Assembly: GCA_964410585.1 (NCBI GenBank)
Contig: CAYPFW010000005.1
Span: 1 to 59,495 of the forward strand
Reading direction: 5' to 3'
DNA: 59,495 nucleotides
DNA from: an uncultured archaeon
GTDB lineage: Archaea > Aenigmatarchaeota > Aenigmatarchaeia > QMZP01 > JACQNV01
The notes below the pieces were generated by a model. It ran no database searches, was not told the DNA's origin, and worked only from the letters and a program-made list of their open reading frames with translations. Position 1 is the first letter of the stretch. The number at the start of each line of letters is the position of its first letter. Positions 1 through 8,043 of the stretch are shown one piece after another. The translations under genes were made by a program, and so were the position numbers.

Positions 1-287
1 TGGTGCCCCTTCCTGAGAAGGGAAAGGTGTATTGAGTTAAGTCAGTTTAGGGAACTCGGCAAAATCGTTCTGTAACTTCGGAAGAAGGAATGCCTATCAT
101 TCTAGCATAAGTTAGAAGTGGTAGGTCTCAGTAACAAGGGGGTAGCGACTGTTTAACAAAAACGTAGGCGACTGCTAATTGGAAACGACGTGTATAGTCG
201 CTGAGGCCTGGCCAGTGCCAGTCGGTTAAACTCGGTTCCAACCGGGCGAAGCCCTGGTAAACGCCGGCGGTAACTCTGACCGTCTTA

Positions 288-342
288 TTAGATAGTCATG
301 TGAGAGATTTTCTCTGTGAACAATCTCTGGCGTCTAAGGCAT
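288..342 (+). other. 23S rRNA BHB intron 1 (55 nt, no ORF), at about E. coli position 1927
   Basis: Removing it restores GACCGTCTTA|AGGTAGC. Central helix GTCT/AGGC with 3-nt bulges TAT and ATA; the intron folds as a hairpin (TAGAT/GTCTA, GAGATT/AATCTC). Confidence 0.88.
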
Positions 343-857
343 AGGTAGCGTAATCCCTTGTCGATTAATTGTCGACCTGCATCAAGGGCTTAACGACTTC
401 CCCACTGTCCCGAACTGACACTCAGTGGAATAGTATTTCCTGTGCATATTCAGGAGACCTTCGGTGGGACAAGAAGACCCCATAGAACTTTACTGCAGTC
501 TGTTGTTGTGATATAGCGAGGATCGTATAGCGTAAGTGGGAGCCGCTACAAAGGGCCTGGCGTCAGTCAGGTACCGAGGCAACAATGTAACACCACTCTA
601 TCTTTGTTATATTGCTAACTCTTAGGAGGACAGCAGCAGATAGGCAGTTTGGCTGGGGCGGTACGCCTCTGACATAGTATCAGAGGCGCCCTAAGTTTAC
701 CTTATCCGGGTCAGAAATCCGGAGTCAAGTGCAAGAGCAAAAGGTAGGCTGATAGGATCATCCAAAGTAAGTGATCCTAACGCGAAAGCGTGGTCTAGCG
801 ATCCCTTATGTCCTCGTTACTGGGGGCTAGGTCTGACAGAAAAGCTACCTTGGGGAT

Positions 858-1524
858 ACTTCTGTAGGATTTTCAAAAAAATGTCATGCCACCATATTTT
901 GGTTTTCCCTCTTTTAGAGGTCGTAAACTAAAACCAAATAAGGTGTCATGACTAAATTTAATCATGGAAAATCGAAAAGGTTTCATAGCAGGTGCATGCG
1001 AAGATGCAACTATCTATCACTATGTCAAAAACAATGAATATAGAATAGAGATAGAACAAAACAATAAGGAATGGTTGCAAATTATTCAAAACTGTTTTGA
1101 GAAATGCTACAATAAAAAATCTAAAATAAGGATGACATCAAAAGGATATTATAGACTTTTATGTCATTCAAAATCAATATACATCGAACTTAAAAATTTA
1201 AGACAAAACTTTTCTCAACTTTTGGATAAGCCGATTGAGTATCAAATATGTTTTTTACAAGGCGTATTTGATGCTGAAGGAAGCGTGCATAGTTATCGAA
1301 ACCAAATTAGAGTAGCGTCAAAAAATAAAAATTTAATAGACACAATAACACAAATGCTTTCCAACCTAAACATAAAATTTGGAAATCTTGATACTAACAA
1401 GACAACCAATGTCATTAGTATTCCTCTTTATGGTTTTGAAAATATCGAAAAATTTTCTGAGATTATCGGATTTAGGCATCCAGAAAAATTAAAACGATTA
1501 AACAAAATCCTACAGAAGACCTAA
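858..1524 (+). other. 23S rRNA BHB-type intron 2 (667 nt), after the E. coli U2449 equivalent, encoding a homing endonuclease
   Basis: Perfect 15-bp terminal stem CTTCTGTAGGATTTT (859-873) / AAAATCCTACAGAAG (1504-1518). Removal restores GGGGAT|AATGGAGTCG. An internal long hairpin lies at about 883-951. Confidence 0.9.
964..1524 (+). CDS. Intron-encoded LAGLIDADG homing endonuclease (two-motif, I-DmoI-like size)
   Basis: Motifs FIAGACEDAT (degenerate) and FLQGVFDAEG; C-terminal IGFRHPEK typical of the family; lies inside an rRNA intron. Confidence 0.9.
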   Translation: MENRKGFIAGACEDATIYHYVKNNEYRIEIEQNNKEWLQIIQNCFEKCYNKKSKIRMTSKGYYRLLCHSKSIYIELKNLRQNFSQLLDKPIEYQICFLQGVFDAEGSVHSYRNQIRVASKNKNLIDTITQMLSNLNIKFGNLDTNKTTNVISIPLYGFENIEKFSEIIGFRHPEKLKRLNKILQKT

Positions 1525-1552
1525 AATGGAGTCGTGGCGGGCGAAAGTTCCT

Positions 1553-1606
1553 AGTCACGCTTCCTATTAGGTTGGTTTTTCTACAGAAAGGAAGCGCGAT
1601 GAATAA
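1553..1606 (+). other. 23S rRNA BHB intron 3 (54 nt) in helix 89, at about E. coli position 2477
   Basis: Central helix GTTC/GAAT, bulges CTA and AAA, stem GTCACGCTTCCT/AGGAAGCGCGAT. Removal restores GAAAGTTCCT|ATCGACC. Confidence 0.85.
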
Positions 1607-2284
1607 ATCGACCCCGCGCGTTGCTTCTCCGCCGTCGGCTCGGCTCCTCCTGGGCGTGCAGCAGCGCCCAAGGGTGGGGGTGTTCACCCATTAAAGAGCC
1701 ACGCTAGCTGGGTTAAATACGGTGCGAGCCAGTATGGTCTCAATCTACCGAAGGTGTCGATTGTCTGAAGGGTAGATGCTCTTAGTACGAAAGGAACAGT
1801 GCATCGTGGCCTCTGGTGTATCGGTTGTATAAGCAGTGCCGAGTAGCTACGCCATGGCGGATAAGTTCTGAAAGCATCTAAGAACGAAACCGCCCCTAAA
1901 AAGAGATAATCATTCTCCAAACTGCTAGGTGACTAGCGGCGAAGAGAGGAGGATCCCGTAGACGACGGGTTTGATGGGAATGGGGTGTACGTATCAAGCT
2001 TCGGCGAGATATTCAGCTCACATTTACCAACCTCCGACGTCCTGTGGTCAAAAGGATAACTTACCTAATTTCACTTTTTCTTTTCTATAAAATTTTTTAA
2101 AAGAAAACCTGAACTAAAAGAAACACACAGTTGGTTTCAGAAAAATATACCAACTTTTTTTGTAATTCAAATAGCGTAAGCTCTATCGATTATAGAGTCT
2201 GTATTTCTAGGAAAAGTGAAATTCTAATAATTAGCCACCGCTTTATTTGGTTAATCTCTTATAGTTATGAATTGAAAATAATTT

Positions 2285-3091
2285 ATGTGCTATAGTTTAG
2301 AGGTTCAATTAGCAACATCACTGATTATTTTAGCATCAGTTGTTTTCTATTATATTTTTTACTCAAGAAGATATAATTCAAAACAAAAATGGACTTTGAA
2401 TTTTTTGAATTTTATAATGTTGGGTTTTACATTTATTGGTTTGCATCAGTTTTTTGAATTTCTCTCTTTGTTTACAAATAACCAATTGATTTACAAAATA
2501 GGTTTGATAATTTCAATTTCTTCTTGTTATTTTTTATTGCGGTCGCTTGAAATTTTGGGGAATAAAAAAATATACAGCAAAATAGCTCTTGTTGTAATTC
2601 TGATAGTTTCTCTCCAAATTTTATTTTCTGAAATGAATTTTGAATCAAAAAGCTTTTACCTAAGCCATAATTCTGCTTTGATATGGGCCGCAGCTTGGTT
2701 GTTTTTGTTCATATACTGGCATGTGTGTGCATTCAAAATATACTCTGAGCAAAAAGAAAATAAAACAAGAAAAATCCTTCTCCTTTATCTACTTGTTATT
2801 GCAGACTTTTCATTTATTTTAAGCACTGTTTACGTTTTAGCTGGGCATTTTATTTTTTCAGTAAATGTGTGTACAGATTCTCCGTCAATTTGGTGTACAT
2901 TTTTTGTAATACAATCTTTGCTTATTCCGCTTTTGCTTTCCAGATTACCACAATTTAAAAGAAACAAACCAGCAAAAGTATCTAGAAAACAAATTCTTGC
3001 TTTTATTTTAATTTCTTTGTTAGTTTTGTTTTTATTGGCTTTGACACTGCCGCTGTTTAACTGTTTTAGTTGGAAATTGGTTTTTGGATAA
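2285..3091 (+). CDS. Hypothetical multi-pass membrane protein
   Basis: 268-aa ORF with about 8 hydrophobic segments. Confidence 0.7.
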   Translation: MCYSLEVQLATSLIILASVVFYYIFYSRRYNSKQKWTLNFLNFIMLGFTFIGLHQFFEFLSLFTNNQLIYKIGLIISISSCYFLLRSLEILGNKKIYSKIALVVILIVSLQILFSEMNFESKSFYLSHNSALIWAAAWLFLFIYWHVCAFKIYSEQKENKTRKILLLYLLVIADFSFILSTVYVLAGHFIFSVNVCTDSPSIWCTFFVIQSLLIPLLLSRLPQFKRNKPAKVSRKQILAFILISLLVLFLLALTLPLFNCFSWKLVFG

Positions 3092-3129
3092 TAAATATTG
3101 GAAATTAGCTACTGTTTTAGATACTAGAA

Positions 3130-3294
3130 TTAAACAACCGGAAGAACAAATTTTAAAGCGAGTTCCAAAACAACAACACCGACTGAGAATGCAATGACAT
3201 ACTCTGGTTTTATCTTTTTTCCAGAAGATTCTTGATCGTAATATCTAACCAAACCAGCTGCTGTATATGGAAGATTTCTATTTTCCTTCGTCAT
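3130..3294 (-). CDS. secG: Preprotein translocase subunit Sec61beta/SecG (54 aa; not in the ORF track)
   Basis: Translated by hand: MTKENRNLPYTAAGLVRYYDQESSGKKIKPEYVIAFSVGVVVLEL..., with the archaeal AGLxRYY..I.P signature and a C-terminal TM helix. Confidence 0.9.
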   Translation of the reverse strand: MTKENRNLPYTAAGLVRYYDQESSGKKIKPEYVIAFSVGVVVLELALKFVLPVV

Positions 3295-3296
3295 AA

Positions 3297-3372
3297 GCTT
3301 TTAGCCAAAAGCTTAAGCAAAAACGGAGGCTAAAATTTCTTCGCCTGCGAGCTTGAAATTTTTACGCCTTCC
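3297..3372 (-). repeat. Structured intergenic element A, copy 1 (related to 30499-30570)
   Basis: Minus strand GGAAGGCGTAAAAATTTC..GAAATTTTAGCCTCC followed by hairpin GCTTTTGGCTAAAAGC. Confidence 0.55.
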
Positions 3373-3395
3373 CTGCCTAAACTTTATTTGAATAT

Positions 3396-3447
3396 TAGTT
3401 TTCTTTTGGATACCTTACACTTTTCTTTTTCTAAAAGAAAAGGGTAG
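3396..3447 (-). repeat. REP-like dispersed repeat B, copy 1
   Basis: Minus strand CTACCCTTTTCTTTTAGAAAAAGAAAAGTGTAAGGTATCCAAAAGAAAAC; related copies at 4313 and 42262. Confidence 0.7.
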
Positions 3448-3870
3448 AGAGTGTGACAGGAATAGCCTGTTTTATGTCAACACGGATGGCAACCGCGATG
3501 TTATCGCGGGCAACTGCTGCTATGCCAGTTCAACGTGTATGATAGTATTTGACTAAGCACCCTAAGAGCAAAACCATTGCTGGTAAGCTCTGTAGCTTGC
3601 ACTCTATAGTATCAAGATTTCTCACCGATTAACACACTCGGTACTCAGACGAGCATCATTGTTCATGTGTTAAAGTGTATTTCTGCTCTCGATACAAGCT
3701 TCTCAGCTTCGGCACAGAACATTTGACTGCACTATTGCCGTATATTGGTTTGCACCTGAGTGAACAGAACTTCCTCAGTTTAGGGAACTTACGGTTCCTC
3801 TAACCCTCCCTTTCGAAAGGATTCTAAGATCCAAGACCCAAACCGAAACTATCTACCTGTCTCACTCTCT
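3446..3870 (-). ncRNA. rnpB: Archaeal RNase P RNA
   Basis: Minus strand: P1 ends AGAGAGTGAGACAGG / CCTGTCACACTCTCT, CR-I GAGGAAGTTCTGTT pairing (P4) with the CR-V-like ACATAAAACAGGCTATT; ORF-free and structured. Confidence 0.85.
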
Positions 3871-3912
3871 GATATACATTAACAAAGAGAATTTATAAAA
3901 TAATTACATAAG

Positions 3913-3927
3913 TATAACACTGTTATA
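3913..3927. promoter_or_regulatory. 15-bp palindrome TATAACACTGTTATA (copy 1 of 10)
   Basis: Read directly; lies between divergent rnpB and ORF 4007. Confidence 0.75.
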
Positions 3928-4006
3928 TAATTTCGACAATTAACTTTTCGATCATGTAGATAACTTATATATCAGTTCTGACAATGATTTCTATCATTTT
4001 GTACAT

Positions 4007-4312
4007 ATGCTTTCAAAAATTTGTTCAGAATTACAGAACTTCCATACAGAATCTATGGATATTAGAGAGAAGTGCCATTCTATTGGTGTCAAAGTGCATG
4101 ATAATTTTTTAGACGAGCACCATTTAGAACACAAATATTTTTACCAAGAACTCTTGAAAAAAGACACTTTTCACAGAGTTGCTCACGCACCAAAAATTTT
4201 GAAAGACAAATTATTTTTGAAAATAAAAGAAAGAAAGCTGAATGAAAACAAAAAGCTGTTTGTTGTGATGGATAATATAAAATCAGCAGACGTCAAGGCT
4301 GTTTATTGGTAG
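4007..4312 (+). CDS. Hypothetical protein (possibly a fragment)
   Basis: 101-aa ORF with no recognised motif. Confidence 0.4.
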   Translation: MLSKICSELQNFHTESMDIREKCHSIGVKVHDNFLDEHHLEHKYFYQELLKKDTFHRVAHAPKILKDKLFLKIKERKLNENKKLFVVMDNIKSADVKAVYW

Positions 4313-4360
4313 CTACCCCTTTTCTTAGAAAGAAAGGATGTAAGGTATCCCAAAAGAACT
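4313..4360 (+). repeat. REP-like dispersed repeat B, copy 2
   Basis: CTACCCCTTTCTTAGAAAGAAAGGATGTAAGGTATCCCAAAAGAAC between convergent genes. Confidence 0.7.
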
Positions 4361-4368
4361 ACAATTCA

Positions 4369-4917
4369 TTACCTTCTTAAAACCCACTCTGTTCTATCAT
4401 CTCCTCTCCATGTTGATTTTAACATTTCTGGTTTAAAATCTGAGCAAAAATAATCTATTTTGGCTGCAAGGTAACCTTCTGTTGATATTCTTCTATACTC
4501 ATTTTCTAACTCTTGATCAGTTAATCTTTTTTCGTTTTCTAATTCAATTTTTTTCAATCTATCTCTTACATCAATAAAAGGGTCGACAATCCAATATCTA
4601 AAAGATAAAACTTTTCTTCCCTCTCTTTCTAATATTTCTCCACCAGCTGATATGCCTAAGTATTTATCTCTTTCAACAACATATCTCAAAAAGCCTTCTG
4701 GTCCAGAATTTCTTGGGGCACCTGCTGCTTCATAACCTGCATGAAGTGCTGTTTTCATTGCTCTTTGCCATTCCTGGATGCCTTCCAAACCAGAAAGTCT
4801 TGCAAGCAAATAGGCTTCTCTCATCCAATGCAGCATCCCGCTTCTAAAAATAAGTGAATAATCTACAGGAGCTTCTCGTGCTCTTTCATGAGTATTTACT
4901 TGAGCTACAGAACTCAT
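4369..4917 (-). CDS. Hypothetical protein
   Basis: 182-aa ORF downstream of idi; weak V4R-like C-terminus (RGDDRTEW). Confidence 0.6.
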   Translation of the reverse strand: MSSVAQVNTHERAREAPVDYSLIFRSGMLHWMREAYLLARLSGLEGIQEWQRAMKTALHAGYEAAGAPRNSGPEGFLRYVVERDKYLGISAGGEILEREGRKVLSFRYWIVDPFIDVRDRLKKIELENEKRLTDQELENEYRRISTEGYLAAKIDYFCSDFKPEMLKSTWRGDDRTEWVLRR

Positions 4918-4947
4918 TAATTGAATTAGTGATATTCTTATTTATAC

Positions 4948-5949
4948 TTATTTCAGAATGAGTTTTGTTTTTTTCAATTCGTCTAGATTCTTTGCGCCAA
5001 CTAAAAACATTGTTGCTTTTAATTCTTCTTTTAGGTTTTCTAAAAACTCGTGCGCTTTTTCCCAAGAATGAACAGCCTCTCTTAACAAAGGTCGAGCCAT
5101 TCCAGCCAAAGATGCGCCGAGGGCTAGTGATTTTGCAATGTCTTCGCCTGTCCTAATTCCCCCAGAAGCTAAAATAGGAAGGCCTAAAGATTTTGCTTCG
5201 TTCAAACATTCTGATGTTGGTTTTCCCCATTCCCAAAATGATTTAGCCAACTTTCCACCTCTATAACCTTCAACTTTTATCCAGGATGTGCCACCAGCAC
5301 CTGCAACATCGACAGCAGATATTCCTGCTTCTTTTAGTTGCTTTGCAGATTCTCCAGGGATACCGCAGCCTACTTCTTTTGCAATTATTGGGACATTTGA
5401 TTTTGAACAGATTGATTCTATCCTTTTCAAAATGTTTTTCCAGTTTCTATCTCCTTCTGGCTGGACAATTTCTTGGCCTGGATTGATATGTATTGCTAAA
5501 GCATCTGCTTGGATTAAATCAACTAGACTGAGAATTTGTTGGTCTGTATAATCCGGAAGTTTTGAACATCCTATATTTGCCATTAGAAAAATATCAGGAG
5601 CAACATCCCTTACTTGATATGTGTGGGCTGTTTCTGGTTTTTCAAGAGCTGCACGCATTGAACCAACTCCCATTCCTATACCTGCTGCTTGTGCTGCTTT
5701 TGCGAGGTTTTTGTTTATTCTACCGGCTTCTTCTGTTCCACCTATCATTCCTGAAATGTATATTGGAGCTGAGAATTTTTTGTTGAAGAATTTTGTTGAA
5801 GTGTCTATTTCAGAGAAATTTATTTCTGGCAGGCTTTTTGGATAGAATTCATATTTTTCTAAACCAGTTGTTTTTTTGAAGTTGACATCTTCTGTTAGAC
5901 AAATCCTGATGTGGTCTACTTTTCTGGATTCTGTTTGAGTTTTTGACAT
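4948..5949 (-). CDS. fni: Type 2 isopentenyl-diphosphate isomerase (IDI-2)
   Basis: Motifs RKVDHI, MGVGS, HINPGQE..QPEGD, KEVGCG, AGAGGTSW, ASGGIR. Confidence 0.96.
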   Translation of the reverse strand: MSKTQTESRKVDHIRICLTEDVNFKKTTGLEKYEFYPKSLPEINFSEIDTSTKFFNKKFSAPIYISGMIGGTEEAGRINKNLAKAAQAAGIGMGVGSMRAALEKPETAHTYQVRDVAPDIFLMANIGCSKLPDYTDQQILSLVDLIQADALAIHINPGQEIVQPEGDRNWKNILKRIESICSKSNVPIIAKEVGCGIPGESAKQLKEAGISAVDVAGAGGTSWIKVEGYRGGKLAKSFWEWGKPTSECLNEAKSLGLPILASGGIRTGEDIAKSLALGASLAGMARPLLREAVHSWEKAHEFLENLKEELKATMFLVGAKNLDELKKTKLILK

Positions 5950-5984
5950 AATAACAATTAAGAAAATAAACTTATAAGAAGATG

Positions 5985-5999
5985 TATAACAGTGTTATA
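5985..5999. promoter_or_regulatory. 15-bp palindrome TATAACAGTGTTATA (copy 2)
   Basis: Lies between divergent fni and the HEPN/MNT pair. Confidence 0.75.
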
Positions 6000-6060
6000 T
6001 TAGTGTGGTTATAGTTTTAACCAGGAAGCTTTAAATAGGCTTCTTGGTTATATATATAAC

Positions 6061-6405
6061 ATGGAAGATTTAAAATCAGAACTAATCAAAAATATAAAAA
6101 ATTATTCAAGTTCAGCTGAAAAGATATATAGAGACGGCGATTATACTTCTGCATGCGTTCTCTATTGCAAATGCCTGTTTGCTGGATTAGACTATTTGCT
6201 TTTAACAAAAGGATATGGCATACCCAAAGACCACTCTGAGAGGTTTAGGATTCTTGAGAGAAACTATCCCATTCTCTATTCAACATTGGACAAAATTTTC
6301 CCTATTTATCAAACAACCTATTCAACATCAATCGACAAAGAAACGTGTGATTTTGTTGCTAAGTATGTTACAAACACTATTAAAAGATCAGGAATTCCTG
6401 TCTAA
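6061..6405 (+). CDS. HEPN-domain protein (toxin-antitoxin component)
   Basis: Helical 114-aa protein with A..Y..GDY..A and PKDH.ERF; paired with an MNT gene. Confidence 0.7.
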   Translation: MEDLKSELIKNIKNYSSSAEKIYRDGDYTSACVLYCKCLFAGLDYLLLTKGYGIPKDHSERFRILERNYPILYSTLDKIFPIYQTTYSTSIDKETCDFVAKYVTNTIKRSGIPV

Positions 6406-6958
6406 CATTAGAAATGTTTTGAAAAATAAGGAAATTTTAGATGTCCTTATCTTTGGTTCTGTTTCACGCGGCAAAAAGAAACCAGGAGACATAGATATAC
6501 TTCTTTTGTTTAAAGAAAAAGAGAACATGGAGTTAGGATATAGTTTAAGAAAGCATTTGGAAAAATCAGGCTTAAAAATTCAAGTAATCACCCGAACCTA
6601 CACAAATTTATTTGATGTAAAATTTCTCCCACGAGAGTTTATACTTACAGAAGCCTACAGCATGAAGCTGAAAAATTTTATTTCAGAGGCCTTTGGATAC
6701 AAGTCGTATACACTATTTAATTTTAAAATAAACAAGTTTTCTGCAAGCCAGAGAACACAATTCCACCACGGACTTTTAGGAAGAAGAGGGTTAAAGGGCA
6801 TATTATCCAGAACAAACGGCTTAAAACTATCTACACTTATTTTAATTCCCACAGAAAACTCAGAACTTTTCGTTGAGTTTTTACAGTCATGGAATCTCGA
6901 CTTCAAGAAAACCCCAGTGCTTGTACCAGAAAGGACAATAAAATACGGAGAAATATGA
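6365..6958 (+). CDS. Minimal nucleotidyltransferase (MNT) domain protein
   Basis: FGSVSRG..GDIDIL motif; likely start at ATG 6365 within the 6215 ORF. Confidence 0.8.
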   Translation: MLQTLLKDQEFLSNIRNVLKNKEILDVLIFGSVSRGKKKPGDIDILLLFKEKENMELGYSLRKHLEKSGLKIQVITRTYTNLFDVKFLPREFILTEAYSMKLKNFISEAFGYKSYTLFNFKINKFSASQRTQFHHGLLGRRGLKGILSRTNGLKLSTLILIPTENSELFVEFLQSWNLDFKKTPVLVPERTIKYGEI

Positions 6959-7062
6959 AATTATCTATAGATTGCTATAAAGCTGCTGAATACACATTAG
7001 CCAAAAATTGGTTATCTAAAGAGGAAAACGAAGCTTGGAAACATTTAGAAAAACTAAAATAA
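6955..7062 (+). CDS. Small antitoxin-like peptide or fragment (35 aa)
   Basis: MKLSIDCYKAAEYTLAKNWLSKEENEAWKHL; the LAKxWLxxEExEAW tail is typical of small antitoxins; ATGA overlap with the MNT gene. Confidence 0.5.
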   Translation: MKLSIDCYKAAEYTLAKNWLSKEENEAWKHLEKLK

Positions 7063-7137
7063 TTACTCAACTCTCAAACCTTCTCCACCAACAACAGTGA
7101 TGTAAGGATATCCACCTGCAGAAGAGATTGCTTTTGC
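7063..7137 (-). pseudogene. Orphan 3' tail of a GHMP (mevalonate-kinase-like) gene
   Basis: Minus frame AKAISSAGGYPYITVVGGEGLRVE*, resembling the C-terminus of the intact MVK (AINKAGGKAMEVKIDEGLKIY*). Confidence 0.5.
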
Positions 7138-7167
7138 CCTTATAAAATTTACGTTCTTATTCTTACT

Positions 7168-8043
7168 ATGTCCTCTAGAATAGTTGTTTGGGATGCAGAT
7201 GATACAATTTACAAAGGTAGAGGAACAACTCATTTATCTGCCGCCTCAAAAATGCCTCCAGAATATTTTATCAGAAGATTTGAGGGCGAGTGTGGAAAAC
7301 CAAGAACGCCTCTTTCTGACATTAGTCCATCAGACTTCAGGGCATATTTAGCTAAATGGGAAATAGATAATAAACAAAAAATAAAAGACATGAAAACTTT
7401 AGGAACAGCCCTAACTGATCTCAGGCATGTCTATGGTTTATTTGATATAAGACATACAAAATACACAAAAAATGCAATTTTGGAAGGAATATCAATGCTT
7501 GATGTTGAAACAATAATGTCAGATGTTCCGAGAAATTCTGGCTTTGATGAAGCTGCACAAACCATAAAAGCTAATAATGTTATACAAACAATTTTCTCCA
7601 ATGCAAGCTATCCAATACCCGTCTGTTTAGGTAGATGGTTTAAAATGGATCATGTAGATGGCCTACCCACATATGTTAAAGACGGGGAACAAGAAAGATT
7701 GTATACACCAGAAGATAGAGGAAAACCTGAAGTTAAATTTACAGGAAAGCTTTTCGCTCCAAATACAGAAAACCCGGACGAAGATTGGGAAAAGGTTAAG
7801 CCTTTTCTAGATTGGATAGAAACGCAGGATGTTGAGCAAGTTTTCGCAATAGATGATGATAACTTAGATATGCTTCAAGCTGTTCAATCAATAGGTGGAA
7901 CAGCAATCGGTTATCAGGTGAAAGAAAAAGGCATACCTGCTTTCAGAGAAAGAAGAATACCAAGATTAAAAAACCCAGAGCTTACGGATTTTGCTCAAAT
8001 CGTATTGGGTAAGAAACGCCTGCTAGAATTATGTGAGATTTAA
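7168..8043 (+). CDS. HAD-superfamily hydrolase (SerB-like)
   Basis: Motif I VVWDADDTIY, motif II FSN, acidic motif IV AIDDD..D. Confidence 0.65.
   Translation: MSSRIVVWDADDTIYKGRGTTHLSAASKMPPEYFIRRFEGECGKPRTPLSDISPSDFRAYLAKWEIDNKQKIKDMKTLGTALTDLRHVYGLFDIRHTKYTKNAILEGISMLDVETIMSDVPRNSGFDEAAQTIKANNVIQTIFSNASYPIPVCLGRWFKMDHVDGLPTYVKDGEQERLYTPEDRGKPEVKFTGKLFAPNTENPDEDWEKVKPFLDWIETQDVEQVFAIDDDNLDMLQAVQSIGGTAIGYQVKEKGIPAFRERRIPRLKNPELTDFAQIVLGKKRLLELCEI

Larger units (their letters stand above)
1..2045 (+). rRNA. rrl: 23S rRNA gene, 3' part (5' end outside the window; 3' end approximate), interrupted by three introns
   Basis: Recognisable LSU motifs: GTAACTCTGAC..AGGTAGC (H69-71), GAAGACCCC, P-loop GGCTGGGGCGG, AAAAGCTACC..GGGGATA, GCTGGGTT, sarcin-ricin loop AGTACGAAAGGA, GAAAGCATCTAAG. 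GC-rich compared with flanks. Confidence 0.97.

Noticed and set aside
858-1524. Group I intron, given the known 2449 site
   Set aside because: No group I core is recognisable and there is little non-ORF sequence; the long terminal stem and bulged junction indicate an archaeal BHB-type intron.
1472-1920. Two minus-strand ORFs (71 and 78 aa)
   Set aside because: They are antisense to 23S rRNA.
1905-1950. Fourth rRNA intron near the 23S 3' end
   Set aside because: The extra hairpin falls in the variable H98 region and shows no clear BHB; treated as an expansion segment.
2046-2284. 5S rRNA or tRNA downstream of 23S
   Set aside because: The region is AT-rich with no 5S or cloverleaf pattern; rRNA genes appear unlinked.
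3913-3927. Palindrome as the Xer/dif site
   Set aside because: It resembles TATAA-n-TTATA dif cores but has a 5-bp rather than 6-bp centre, unconserved outer arms, many copies and clustering at the origin. Kept only as a secondary hypothesis.
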